Origin: Bugula neritina
Taxonomy: Eukaryota > Animalia > Bryozoa
NCBI GenBank assembly: GCA_964035545.1
Contig: OZ037767.1
Coordinates: 26,118,628-26,182,627, forward strand
DNA: 64,000 nucleotides
Direction of reading: 5' to 3'
The notes under the pieces were generated by a model. It did no database searches. It was not told where the DNA came from and saw nothing but the letters and a program-made list of their open reading frames with translations. How positions within the stretch are numbered: the stretch's first letter is position 1; each line of letters opens with the position of its first letter. Shown piece after piece: positions 25,244 through 54,658 of this stretch. The position numbers and the translations under genes were made by a program.

Positions 25244-27726
25244 TTAATAACTGGTGGTTTCATCACACAGTTGTTGGATAAGATCTCTCACTTGGTGACT
25301 TCCTCCATTACGGGCTCCTAGACTGGCCACCATCACTCCTGATACTCCAAGTCCATAGTCTATAGCACCTCTTTTACTCAAATTCTGTTTACCAATTTTA
25401 CTATAAAGAAATTGTTTCACAATATATATGCAAATATAGATATTCAATGAAATAGCTAGAAGTTTGACAAAATTTTAATTACTATTTTTGGAACGGTATG
25501 TAATACTACTAGTTGTAAATGTTTTAACCATTATTTATTGTTATATTGTTAATCTTACCTCTTGATGAAGTACAGGCGATAAGACTTGAAGAGACACATC
25601 AGGGAAATGACCAGAGTACAAACAGCATTAACAGATATAGCAATAGTTACTCCATACACCCAGATAAGTACAGATTTTATAAGAGGACCAGCAATGAATT
25701 GCAGAGTGTCATCTGGTACTACCATCTCCTGGGTTATCAAACACTGAACAGTGTATCTGTGGAGGTTTTGGCCAAGTCTTCTTACCTACAACAATTTAGT
25801 GTTTGCAAAAGCATCCCATGTAGAAGTAATCATCAGAAGAAAAACTTTTGAAACTTTTTAAATCAAATGATTGTTAAATAAAAACTAGGCATAATTGACC
25901 TTTCCTTTCATCAGATTTATAAACATAAAAAGCTAATTCCAGTTCAAGAAGAGTTCTTATCCCTGCTTCAAGTTTAATATTGTAAATACCATAAGGTCTT
26001 TGCTGACGCAATGTTTAAACATCTTTTCATTCTTTAAAATCATCTGACTTAGAGTATACAGTTGTTGTTTGAACTGTTTAACAGTTTAAACAATCCTGTT
26101 TCTATTTGCCTCGGGAAAATATAATTAATATATGCAATCTAATTAAATGCCTTACCGCAAAGCTACACAAAACTGATGCGCTGGTATCTTCCACCTGGTT
26201 CATGCTTTGTATAGAGGTGGTGGCAGAGCTGGTGTTCATCTGAGAAACTGCTTGAACATTGAGTACTTTCAGTATGAGAATCACACAGACAATTACAGAG
26301 CCTAGCTTGGTGATGATGAGCCTGAAGATAATGTCACATAGTGCTGCATCTAACATATCTATTTACAAATGTATATAAACTAAAAGCCTAAATAAACTTG
26401 CTGCATCGTATAGCTTGCTGTGCTTATAGCATAGCTAAAATATCTACAAGTTCAATTCTTGTTGAAACAACCTTCCTTGCAGAAATAAAATTTCCCAACT
26501 TGCTTGAGTTTCGAACTGATGGCTTATGGGTAGTTTTCAAAAACACTGTATATGACCCTTTAACAAAAGTGTTTAACGAACATTATATTACTTAAGTATA
26601 AATAGTAGGCAAATACTAAATTCTTAAAAATCTAACTTATATTTCATGTTCTAAATAAGCTATCTAGTCTAATCAATAACCAAAGTTTATTTCAATTACT
26701 ACTACATTCCATATAAAAATATAATTTAATTAGCACAATATATACTTACCACAGAGCTAAGGTGAGACCCCTGTAGATGTCATTAGGTTCATTTGAAGTA
26801 TGAATAATAAACTCTGCGCCATCTAAACGCCCAGCTATCACCCTCCATAGAACTAGAGGCACTAAGCACAGGGCTGCTAGCAAAATCAGTGTCGGAAATG
26901 GAGCATCTGGGGTTGGAAATAAAGAGTTGATATCCACCTAAATTTGCCAGGAAATACAACAATTGCTTTCTAATTACTAATTTACGAATGAATATCACGT
27001 TGAAAGCCAATTCAATTTGTGGTGCCCAAGCCACACTGCAACTTTAGTTTGGTTTAATGTGCTTGAGAATGTGACGAGGAAGCACGAAACAAAAAGTTTG
27101 AAAAATAATCGTCATCTTACCGGGCGATAAAGTTCATCCAAGTCAAATTCTGTTAGATTACTTAAGGGAATATTCAGATTAAGATCGTCATAAAGTTCTG
27201 CATGTCCACTGAGGCAGTATTTGTGCCCGTAATCAATCCAGTTATTGCTGAACTCTGCAGGCATAAAACAGTTGATACTGTTTTTTGTAGCTGCGGCGCT
27301 CAGGGAGGGTGATGTAAATATCAGAATGACTGCAGTGATAGCCAGAACTATTGGAGTCACTAGATACAGAAGCAAGTCGATAAGGTTGACATCCCAACTC
27401 AAGCTTCCTATGCTGCAAGAAAAGTAAAACAGCCATTAAAGTAAAATAAAAACATTTGGTTTTTGGAATCTTAAAAAAAACTTTGCTATGCAGTATGAGT
27501 ATTACTATTAGTTCAGTAAAGTTCACTATCAGTATGAGTATCAGACTCAGACTATCAGTATCAGACTCAGACTATCAGTATTACTATTAGTACTCAGTAG
27601 TATATCATTAAAATTATAAATATATAAACAATATGAAACATACCGTGCTTGAAAACGCGCAGCTGGTGGCAATTGAGGTGGTTGTTCATTCTCAATAATC
27701 TTCTCATCCACAGCTACAAGCTTCAT
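25244..27726 (-). CDS. Innexin/pannexin family channel, paralog B (~370 aa)
   Basis: Six phase-compatible exons with no stops: 27726-27644, 27412-27121, 26937-26750, 26321-26156, 25785-25559, 25400-25244. INCFMPAEFSNNWIDYGHKYC, LCLVPLVLWR, VLCSFAVRRLGQNLHRYTVQCL; four extracellular Cys; same intron positions as paralog A. Confidence 0.87.
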
Positions 27727-29128
27727 TTCAAAGTATTACACGGTGACTGTAAGTTATAGTAACTTTAGTACTAGTATTCGTTAGCTAGGAGGTGCAGTTG
27801 ATGCGAACACTGCACGCGAAGGTCAAAGTAATCTAAGAGGGTTAACTCTTTTAAAAGGCAAGTTTAGCCTTTGGTTCTAAACTATTTTTCACCCCTTATC
27901 TTTTGAGCCTGCCTTCAGATTGACAGTTGTTTACCATTAATCATGTTCGTAATACAGCTGCTATTGGTTATGATTCTATAAATAACACCATAGTATGCCT
28001 TTATCACTTCATTGCAGCAATGATTCATGCATTGCTCTTGGCGTTTCGAAATAGCTGCATCTATTAGAAAACAATGTAGAGTGCAGAGTTTGGACTGTAA
28101 TAGAGCGCCCGATATTTATGCTTACAACTACACAAATAATCTGTAATGTTAATTATCATAACAATGTCAATAAGGAAACTAAGTTGAGCAATTTAAAGAT
28201 AATATAGACCTTGTTTTTCAACTGAGAAGAACTGTGTGTAAATGCAGACTTTTGTTCTATAATATATTATTTAGTGGCTTCATCCATATACCATTTTAGA
28301 GCTTAGGCTGATCAGGAATCTTCCAGTTCACTTTTAATCTATGACTAGAAAATGCATTGATAAAGTAGAGTATACAAATCTATATACATGTAGCCTATAA
28401 ACATCAGTTCATCCAATGTACTTTGATTTTCAAATAATGAAGCATGTGTTGGGTTGGCTTATTAACGTTCAGAAGCATTTGGCTATTAGAAAATCAACAA
28501 TATTGGATTACAATGTGAGGTCTCAAGCCTGCACTCTACATTGAATACAAATTAGTTAACTTAACTGCAAAATATTCAATAAAATTTTAATATATTTACT
28601 TTCAGTTTTCATTATAAAGTGATTGGTCTCTAATCAGCCTAGCTATAAGACAAGTTCGCCAGTGTGTTGCTATTTGTATTATAAATTCATACATCTTTGC
28701 AGTTTTATTTTAAAGCTATCACAATTTTTATTTTAATAAAAATCAAAGTAAAGTTATATAATTTTAATTATATTAGTTGCATTTGACAAACACATAACTC
28801 TGAACAACACAATTAAATGAAGTGCTAGCAGACAGATGTAGTACAAATACTGAAACATGTAGAAACTAAACAGCTGTCACATGACAAAGTGTAGAGTATA
28901 ATATTGTAGTATTGTTTTTTATAAAATGGAGTTGAGAATTCAAATGTCAAGTCAATATATGATTTGTCACACTACAAGCCAACACTTAAACATTGTATGT
29001 CAGCTTTACATTAAATAAAAATACTTCACTCTAAGAAAACCCGGCAGTAGAAACTCCAATGTTTGGTGTTATTGAAACAAATTAAAGTATCAAAATGGAG
29101 CCGGTAGTAAGAGTTGGAGTTGGCAGAA

Positions 29129-39261
<10,133 letters not shown>

Positions 39262-42200
39262 TATTTCAGTCTTTCTATAAAGCTAAGTTTAAACACCTCA
39301 AGCTTTGACAGCGAAGTATGTTGTAATGACTCAGATTTGAATGCCTGCAAACATTTATGCAGATGCCAAGAAGCACAATAACAAACCTGATCCAACCCGC
39401 CAGGGATGTTTTGTTCAAAAAGTTTATAAGTGGCAAGAAGCTTTTGTATGCAGCTTTAGAAAATTGACCGAGTTTTTGCGCAAACTGGCTATATAGATGA
39501 GTTATAAATAAGAAATGTTTTTGTCTTGCTAGAACAACAGAAAGTAGAGCTGCACTTGAGCAATGTTTACTGACGCAGACAGAGACTATTCATTCTTAAA
39601 GATATCACCTCCCCGGTGTTTTGATTAAATGCTCTTTGTGCATTGATGTCGTCAAGCAATTATTCGTGTTTTTTAAAATCGATATTTTACTGAATGCACA
39701 ACATCAAGTTTCTGCCTGGAGTTTCTTATTTTAGATCCAACTATGTAAATAGCTAACTTTTGCACTCAAACAGTGTTTACATACTTCTTAGCTATTGATC
39801 TTACATGGCTTCTCATTTTTTTGTTTTTCATTTAGTGCTTTTTTGAGTCAATATATCAGCTGATCAAAACAGTTTAACAAGCTTTCCACTTGATTTATTG
39901 TTGAAACCTTGCTTATTAATAACATTCCAAATAACTCAACGCCAATCAGAACTGTAATGTACCCAGTGACCACGATTCAGCCTTCCTTCAAGGCTTTACA
40001 ATTTAAATAAAAAAAACTTTGCAAACTAATAGTTTTAAAAAAATATATTTACTGTTTGCAAAAATATTTTGAATGTTCTATGTTATTAAAATAGGTCAAT
40101 ATGATAAGAAATATGTTTTTCTCACCAAAAATGCATCAAACTTTAATTGTGTGCATTATTTACGAAATCAAACAATGTAGAAGTTCAAAATGCTTTTCTA
40201 ACAGTGTTATTTTTTATCAAACAATAGATATACCATTAGATAAAATAGTCTGTATAATGTCTATATAATAAGTACAACTGCCCAGTAAAAACAAACATAT
40301 TTAATTAATTACACTTCAAAACATTGACATTTTGTAAATTTCCTCTTGAAAAATAGGCGTAGCCTTGGAGAGCTGAAGGTTGCATAATTAATTTCACTTA
40401 AACTTATACCAAAAAGCTATAATTTTAAAAGCTATTTATAAACTAGTCATATACAAAAAAGTCTGATCTTGAAACTCAAATGCACATTATCAATTTCATT
40501 TAGTTGTTGTTCTGTTACACCTCCTTCAATGCCAAATATTGAAAATAACTAGTTTGATAATCATAATACTAGAGTAGCCAGTAGAATTTATAATGTTATG
40601 CATGTAGATAGATATGGTGCAGTGATGATGAAATTAAGAAAATCCTGTGTTCTAGATTACAACACTTTTAAAGATATAGCAAAAGAAGGTATGCTCTCAC
40701 TAGAAATTTAACCCAAAATGACTTAGGAAAATTGAAGAACTTGGGCTACTGAATTTTCTCCTGTGCAGCACTTAAATTGGTATGTTTTTTGCAACATATT
40801 TTGCACTTTTAATCATGTTTGAATAAATAACGGTTTTTGAATCAACCGAGCAGCTAAAGCGTGCTGTAAACAACTTTCTTGGATTTTTGTTGAATAGAAA
40901 AATTTTCTTTACAAAAGAAATTTTTATGTTGAAAATACCTGCAGCTGTGTTTTTCCCAAAAACAACATGATGTTGACAGGCCGTAAGACATCAACTAATA
41001 TACGGTGTTGAGTTACCAATCTTTCTATTAGCACAACACTTTTGTTTGTCGGGAATTGCATGCAAAGTGCTTTTGCACTGAATACCAAGCCCCTGACACT
41101 GAGGCAATGTCAGATAAACACAAACTGGCTGCAAATTTTAGCTCAGTGATTGTAAACAATGTATGAGCTAAATTCCATGAATCTTAGCTTTTGTTCATTA
41201 GCTTTTGCACTAAACACGTTCTAAATACACGACTAAGTATGAATAGGGAGTTTTGTAAAGCTTAATCAATGAATAAAAACATCTGTATTTATACATGCAA
41301 GATCAATAAGTTTAGTTTAGTGACGCAAACAATGTCAGCCAGGGTCGTTAAGCATTTGCATGCAGAATCTTTGCATTAAAAATGATTATAAGCAGGTTTC
41401 ATCATTGCGCATGTTTCATGCTTTTATAAAAAATAAACTTTATTTTTGCACCTGATCTGTAAGTGAATATTTAGAAGTATCATTTTTATAATCACCAAAC
41501 TAGTTTCAATAAACGGATGTCCTCAGAAATAGTGTTAGTCATCAGCTAAAGTGATTATTTAGTCGAATTACTTAAGAAAAGTCGCAAAGGATTAAATATG
41601 GCTATATATAATAGCTTTCTAGCCGGAGGAAATTAGTTTGCATACAGTGAATTGGCCAGTTGCTGCTGATGTTATTTACTGACTTTAAGTTTTTAGTTTA
41701 CTAAATAAGCCCAAAGAAAATTATGCAAAGATTCGAAGTTGTCTTTTTTGCATAACTTGTGGCGTACTAGATAAACGAATAACGGACAAAAGCCTTAACA
41801 AAGTTATACAGGTCAAGTTAGCACATTTCCAGCCTTATTAACACAGCAAATCTGTATATTATACAAATTTACTTACTTTACTTACTTACATATTTAATTA
41901 ATTTACTTATTAATATACTTACAGTTACTTTTAAATCTATATAATGATATATCTCTTATGTCAAATGAATGCACTTTATTTTTTTCCTCCCCTTTTACAA
42001 ATGTGTTGTTAGTTTTGCTAAACATTTTGCATTGACTAAAAACAAACAGGATGCTTATTTATAATATTTCTATAACAAATACAGTCAAGGTTCATTGTTT
42101 AATCCTGCTTTTCAATTTTTAGTTTCTCAGACAAGGTCTTTCAGCATTTTTTAAAAACATAAGCACAAATAATAAGTAACAAAGCATGTTTTTCTAAAGA

Positions 42201-42429
42201 TCTGAAACTAGTTTCTGAATGGGAAAAAAAACAAGTCATAATTGTTCATTAGACTGTCTTCAATAATATGTCATAACAAATATTTATTAGCGTTAAGTGA
42301 AATCTTTATAGCAAGGAATTTGACCAAATGTTGAGGTTACTATAGTGTATGAACAGGTAACAATTTTATTGCAACTCCCAGTTCTGGTCAGGTATTTTAC
42401 AGTTTACATTGAGCATTATTATTATTATT

Positions 42430-42870
42430 ATTATTTGCTGATGACACCAGTGTTTTCTCCACAGATATTATGGACTTACAGCACGGAGTTAACAAAATTA
42501 GTCAATGGTGTGTACTCTGTGTAGCAAACAAACTTATTTTAAATTCACAAAAAACCTTGCCTATGCATTTCATGAATCCCAAAAACATTTTTTAAAACCG
42601 TTTAATCTTATAGTTTTGAACAACATACCTATGTCAATCTTTAAGAGTACTCATACTGTATGAGTACTCCTAAAGATCGACCACCCTGCTGTATGCAAGC
42701 TGAGTGATACTCTTGGGGTAGACATACTGGTCTAGCCTAGCATGCAGTGGTGCCCAGTGTGTTGATATGATAAGTTTAAACAGAAGTCAAAAATGTTTGA
42801 TAGATATGATTGGATATTTTAAAAAGTAAGGTTATCTGGCCACACTGAAGGCCTAGATTTCTTAACCCAT
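42430..42870 (+). mobile_element. CR1/L2-type LINE reverse transcriptase remnant
   Basis: Translates as LFADDTSVFST..LQHGVNKISQWC..NKLILNSQKT..MHF (RT FADD core plus the W...N.L.LN..KT motif), with frameshifts. Confidence 0.75.
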
Positions 42871-43733
42871 TATGAATAATTTAGTAAGCAAATTTCTCAA
42901 TTTCAAAGTTTAAAGGTGCACACTGTGTGTAATGCTAGTATTATATAATATATCTAATTATTATACATGTACTGGTTAAAATTTTCTAAGTCTTAGAATT
43001 ATTTACATGGTACCAGATGAGGTGATATATCAGCAGCATTTTCTAACTGCAACCATCACAAAATCTGATCAAAGTATGCAACTTGAATGCACAATTCTAT
43101 TATGTCCACATTTTAATATTAGGCCAATAAAAGCGAGTCTGTGCATGTGTTCTAAAAATTTATTGGCTGACTGAACCATAAACGTGTTTTATTGGTTGAT
43201 CTGTTTAAATACGCATTGTGTAAGTGCCTGATTGTATGATATATATATTTTTTTTACTTACTCAAAAATTATTTAAGCTCACAGTTAGCCACTTAGCAGC
43301 ATCAGGTAGACAGTGGTTTATTTTGAATAGCAATTGTTGTTAACCCGCATTTACTTCATAAACAGTTCACCATTTATAAAATTTTGAAGCACAGTTGTGC
43401 AGAAATATTTGACTTATAATAGGTTTTTATGCAAATATTTTAATTTGAGTTTAAAGATGGTGGTAGTGTTATCTTAATTATTCATGTCACACCTGTTTGG
43501 ATAAATCTTAATTCTAATCCCACTTACTTTATCCAGTTTCTCTTTTCTAAATTAAGCTTTAAATCATGTTTTCTAAACTTATTTTTTCCTAATTTGCTGA
43601 ACAAATGAACCTTGTTGTTACATAATTGGATAAGATAGAAAACTTCTTTTAATCAATGAAATAGGAAAATTATCACAAAGCATCTTACATAAAATTACTT
43701 GTTGTTTCAGTCAGAGCCCAACATTGCGCAGCC

Positions 43734-49166
<5,433 letters not shown>

Positions 49167-50507
49167 TGGTTGATGTTTGTAAATTGAAATTACAATGCAC
49201 TACAAAGTAGAAGATTGCTTTGTTTATTAATGAATTTACGTAGTAAGTGTATAATACTGATTAGAACACAGTAATGAGCCAATAATTGAAGAGAATAAAA
49301 TGTTGTCTTTTAATTACTTGAGCCACGTGCTTTGATTCCATAGTAGCAAAGCCTATATCAGATCGTAGCATTTCAGAATATATTGCGTATGTATTTTAAT
49401 GTGAAATATAATATAGTATGATGTCAACATAAAAAACTCTTGTTGATTGTTAAAGTCTCGATTCCTGGTAGAAAAAAAGTATTTAAGCACTCTAAGGACT
49501 TGTTTCCACTGTGACACAGAAGTAACTATGACTAAATGCTGTTGCTTACATTACCAATGGCCTTTACTAACATTTAAACCACTAACTAGGATTTAATTTT
49601 GATTGATGTTTATAGCGTTTTTCTACAGAAAAAGAAAGATGGGAAGAGACTAAAATTTAGAAGGTAAACTCTGGAGCACTTCTTTGACCTTTTTTTGAAC
49701 TTATAAAATTATTTTGTGTGTTTTTGAAATTTAGTTGTGACTTATGAATTTTGTATGCGTACAAAATTGTATCACTTACTATTATTCTTTTGTTATAAAT
49801 TTTTTGCTATTCACCAAATATAATTTGATATGTTACATCAATTTTTATAATATCAGTGTGAAAATTATTGGTTTTGCAATATTTAATACAAATAAAAATA
49901 ATTTCTTTTGAATATATGGGTTGAATCCACTTGGATTGTTTGTTGTTAAAAGATTTATTGCAAATTACTTTCCTTGTATAATAAGACGACTCCTATGTCA
50001 TCAAATGTCACATAATATATAAAAATATGTTTGGGTACATTTCACTGTTATATTAAATTAGAAATTGCATGGAACAATATTGTTATTTCAAATTAACTAT
50101 AGTAATTGCAGTATCGACCCTGCAGCAATTGTATAAGTAACATCAATAAAGTGACCCCTCATGACCTTGTGCGTGTATATGGCAATTTAAGCTAATAAGC
50201 AAAATATTATAGTTCCATTTGATAGATAAAAGTTTAGTCATATTCAACTTATAGCTGAGTCATTTAAGTTCAAAGTTTAAACTTTAAAGTCCTATCAGTG
50301 ATTAGACTGTGCAGTGTATCAGCTATAAATAGCATGCAATGAAGGATAGCTATAAGTTTTATAGTAGCAGTAAAGTCAAAGCCAACCCGGAAACGTCATT
50401 TCCAAGCGATCGGAAATCCCAAATCATTTCAGCACATATTCGCAGAAAATTCATTATACAACAAAATTGTTTAGGCATCCAGCCTTAAAACAGCATGTAG
50501 ATGAAAA

Positions 50508-50567
<60 letters not shown>

Positions 50568-50570
<3 letters not shown>

Positions 50571-51525
50571 GAAACCTGGGTGATATGGACCATGCATGTT
50601 TTGCAGTATCCAAGGTTACCAGAAAGTTGAAAAGTGTCTTATTGTTTGGAGATAGGAATGTCTAACTTCTTGTCTACATGTTTTAAACTTGTCTCTTTGT
50701 CTTAGAAAATAAACACACATTTTCTCTTTTTGCTCATTTTCTTATAATTTTTCGCAACTTTTGTGGATCAATTTTCATTGAAAAAAATTACCTGAAGTAA
50801 GGAGCTTGTATCTGCAGATATTGTGTGGAAGGTATGTATAAATACCCAAATAGTATATACAATACTTGTCCACTCTCTGTCTGTAGGAATTCAAAATTTT
50901 TGGTGACATGATTTTTGGGTGATATGGACCGCCACATGGGGGGGGGGGGGTGATATGGACCGTGGACCATATCACTCGGCAAATTGAATTTTTCTATTCA
51001 TCTACTTGTTTGGAGAAAAACAATACTATTTCTCAAGTATTTCAAACAATGCTGAGGCATTAAACCCCTAAACAATGACTAGACAACATTATCACCAGTT
51101 GCTGTAGAATGTGTACTTGAAATATTCATGTTCATGCAATGTATTTTAGATGCCAAGATATTGTTCCAACAATATTTGAAATGCTTAGAGTGAGGAGGCA
51201 CTAACAGAAGCCGTTACTCACTTATTCTATATCTGTTGTTTTATATTACTTTTTTTATTATAGCAAAATACATTTTCAACACAAACAAGCTGATTTTATG
51301 TGACGGAGTCTGTGGTGGCCCATATAACCCGGAATTTCAAAAAATCTCCAGGTGATATGGTCCACCAATTTTCAATTATAGCTCAGTTAAGCATTTGTAT
51401 AGGAGCTTCAAATTATGTTTGTATGTCAGTAGAGATAGCACCCACATGTTGAAATACTAATTTTCAATCGACCATAGTCAGTATGGGCTGTGGGCTTAAG
51501 TGGCCCATATCACCCAGGTTTCCCT
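50568..51525. mobile_element. MITE with ~25-bp TIRs and TA target (Tc1/mariner-pogo-like), adjoining a (TA)n tract at 50512-50567
   Basis: TA|GGGGAAACCTGGGTGATATGGACCA ... TGGCCCATATCACCCAGGTTTCCCT|TA. Internal copies of GGTGATATGG at ~50918, ~50949 and ~51351, with inverted copies at ~50967 and ~51320. Confidence 0.85.
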
Positions 51526-52039
51526 TAAGAATATTTTAATACTGCATAAGTGAAGTTTGTCAAAGATTTTTGAGTTAAGTCAAGTTATAGGGTGGCCTAT
51601 ATAGTAAGTCATTTAGACAGAACAGTTTGGGGAAGAATTTGCAATTGATACAAGAGCTAGTATTAGAAGTCAAGTTTGCAAACTGGGGAGATTGCGTTAT
51701 TATATTTTAAAAACTTGTCCTTATACTTTTATATAAAAACTTGTGAATCGTGTTGTACAAATATTTTAAGTCTTTCAAATAGATCTTTGCCACTTGTTAT
51801 TACGTATATGCTAATAGCAATAATTAAAATTCTGTCTTTGATGTAAGTTTATTAAACATGAATTACCTCATAAACGGTGAGAGTTTGACATGCAAGATAA
51901 AACTCTCTGACAGCTCCCATTGTCATCTCACATCTTGGTTTTTAAGTGGAGATATAAACGAAGTTGTAGTTAATTATTATTTTTGAATTTTAAAGTCGGT
52001 AGCCATATAAATTCTGTCAAACATAAACCGTATTTGTTA

Positions 52040-52049
52040 TTGTGTGTGA

Positions 52050-52128
<79 letters not shown>

Positions 52129-52141
52129 TGTGTGTGTGTGT
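52040..52141. repeat. (TGCG)n/(TG)n microsatellite
   Basis: Direct reading. Confidence 0.95.
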
Positions 52142-52812
52142 AGCAGATCACATCTTTTCACTTTATATTGCACTACATTCTGTTGAAATAACAATATTTG
52201 CGAGAGCAAAAGTATTGCTTAACTTATCTATAATATTGATGTTGTATAACTACCCACTGCATTAAACATAATTTAAAAGCCACTATCAGTGCATGCACAA
52301 ACAGCATGTGTTTACTGTATTCGTAGCATTTACATAAATGTAAGATTTATAAGTGCAGTGGGCGTATTCTTGCAGCACTTTGCTGTATGGAAAAACTATC
52401 TGTAAGCAATTTAACATGCTATTGTGTTTGCAAAATAGTGGTTTTCGATGGTTAAACAACAGGTCAGCAGTGTCAGCTATGTTATAAATAATCTAAATGC
52501 AATCTCACTGTTTCTGTAAAAAATTTAAATCTTCTCATCTGAAATGAATTTCAAGAAAATTGTCAAACCATAAATTAGCCTTGTTATTGTTAGAATTTTG
52601 GTTTTTCAGCTCACTGTTATATGAGTTTTTTAAATTATGTGGTCTGTGAAATAGACACATGCCAGTAACATCTGCTAGTGCAAGCTCGTAATTTCCCTTA
52701 TAAAATTATATGTTATCATTTCACATGCAATATATATGAGTATATTATGAGTATATTATTGCAACCAAATTTAAGCCGAATCCATAAAACAGTCATAGTC
52801 GTATCGACTGAC

Positions 52813-52815
<3 letters not shown>

Positions 52816-52900
<85 letters not shown>
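52816..52900. repeat. (GA)n microsatellite
   Basis: Direct reading. Confidence 0.95.
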
Positions 52901-52905
<5 letters not shown>

Positions 52906-53193
52906 TGCATTCACCCTTAGAAAGGAAGAGCAAGGTCTACTCTTACTAATTATACATATCCACCAATCTTTATGTGGCAATTATTTTTATAATAATGTTC
53001 TTCATTTAGAATGTCATTTCTATAGCTAATTTAAAACATGTCACCAGATACTATATTTTACTTACAAGATACATAGTATATAAGGTTTATACAGAGTTTT
53101 AGAACAATCAGCATATAATTACTCCAAAAAGCAATATCCATTTCATTATCTTAGCTGACTTGGGTGAATGCAAGATCATAAGCAATTTTGTAG

Positions 53194-53364
53194 AACATGT
53201 CTTCAAGCCCTCCTCAAGAACGGATTGGCTTTGAGAAAGCTACCCGAGAAGGCCTCGCTTTCCTTCTGAAGTATGAAGACCCCTTAGCTGAATTCTTCAA
53301 ATACCAATCAATGTACTTCATGCTGAAGGCTGATGGCACATGGGAGCAAACTACTGCTCCTTAA
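53194..53364 (+). pseudogene. Duplicate of NTAN1 exon 9 with intact acceptor, open frame and its own TAA; pseudo-exon or alternative last exon
   Basis: ttttgtag|NMSSSPPQERIGFEKATREGLAFLLKYEDPLAEFFKYQSMYFMLKADGTWEQTTAP*. The downstream sequence at ~53640-54350 resembles the NTAN1 3' region at ~49370-49980. Confidence 0.85.
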
Positions 53365-54658
53365 TCTGCTTCCAGGTATGTAAGAGGTCAGAAGAGTGGT
53401 GACTTTGTATACGTGTTGCCATGGATACGAAGCCGGGTAGATAATGCTTTATTAGAGCTTTTGTTTGTTCTATTTTACAAAATTATAATTTTTAGAAAAC
53501 ATTACAAATGCAAAGAAAGTGGTGATGAAGTGTAATGCCCAATTATGTAGTTTAAGTGTATGACAATTATTAAAAAACCTAAAGATCTAAATTCTAGAGT
53601 ATAAAACATGTTGTTATTTAATTACTTTATATACATAACAACATTTTAGAATACATTGTGGTATCTTAATGTGAAATATAAAATAGTGCATGTGTGTGAT
53701 ATCAAAATATAAAACTCTTGTTGGTTTTCCAACTCTCCATGCCTATGTGAAAACTTTTGATGATAAGGTATTTAAGCAGACTAAGAACTTCTTTCTATAA
53801 TGACGGAATGCTTTTTCTAACATCTTACCAATGGCCTTTTCTGAGACTCAAACCGCTATAGTTAGTATAATATATTACAATATGGTACCTAATTTTGAAT
53901 TATATTTATAGCGCTATTTTCTGCAGAACAAACTAGATGAGAAAAGACTAAAATTTAGAAAGTAGACCCTGGAGCACTTCTTTAAGCATTTCATCAACTT
54001 ATGAAATTATGTTAAATGGATTGCATCTTATTATACTTTACTTATTACATTGTTTTTGCATGCATGTTGTAAGCATAGTATAACATTGTATTTTATTTTT
54101 ACTTTCTGGTGGGTTTGAATGTAAAACTATTATACTTTTGCCATAAATTGTTTACTATGTACCAAATACAATTTGACTTTGCAACATTTTATACAGTATA
54201 AAGGTGAAAATGTATGTTCATCAATTTCATAATATAAATAAAAAAATATAGTCATTTTATTAATATGGGAATTCAATATTAAGGAAAAGATTTCCATCTA
54301 CCTAGCTTGTTGGTGAACATGAAAGACTTATTGCAAATTATTTTTCTTGAATAGACTTTCATATATAAAAACGATTTCGTAGATGCATTTAACTTGCCAA
54401 TCTATTTCATTATTACCTTTACGGCCATTATAAAGTTTTTATTTAATTTTTAATTGTAAAAGAGCTAACTCTGTAGCATTATACATAGTATCTCTTATGA
54501 ATTTGCAAGTGTGACACCTTCAAGTTTATAAGCAAAATAGTAGCTATAAGTGTGAAATGGGTCACCGTTTAATCATAACTAAATTATAACAGGCAAACTA
54601 AGAGAAAGATAAATCCTAAATCTATGATTAAACCAGAACAAAAAGTCAATATTGTCAA

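Noticed and set aside
26322-26560. Micro-exon or longer exon 4 (MLDAALCDIIF) in the innexins
   Set aside because: The upstream acceptors are out of phase. The cttcag acceptor (26321 in B, 19552 in A) restores the frame and a normal TM3 in both paralogs.
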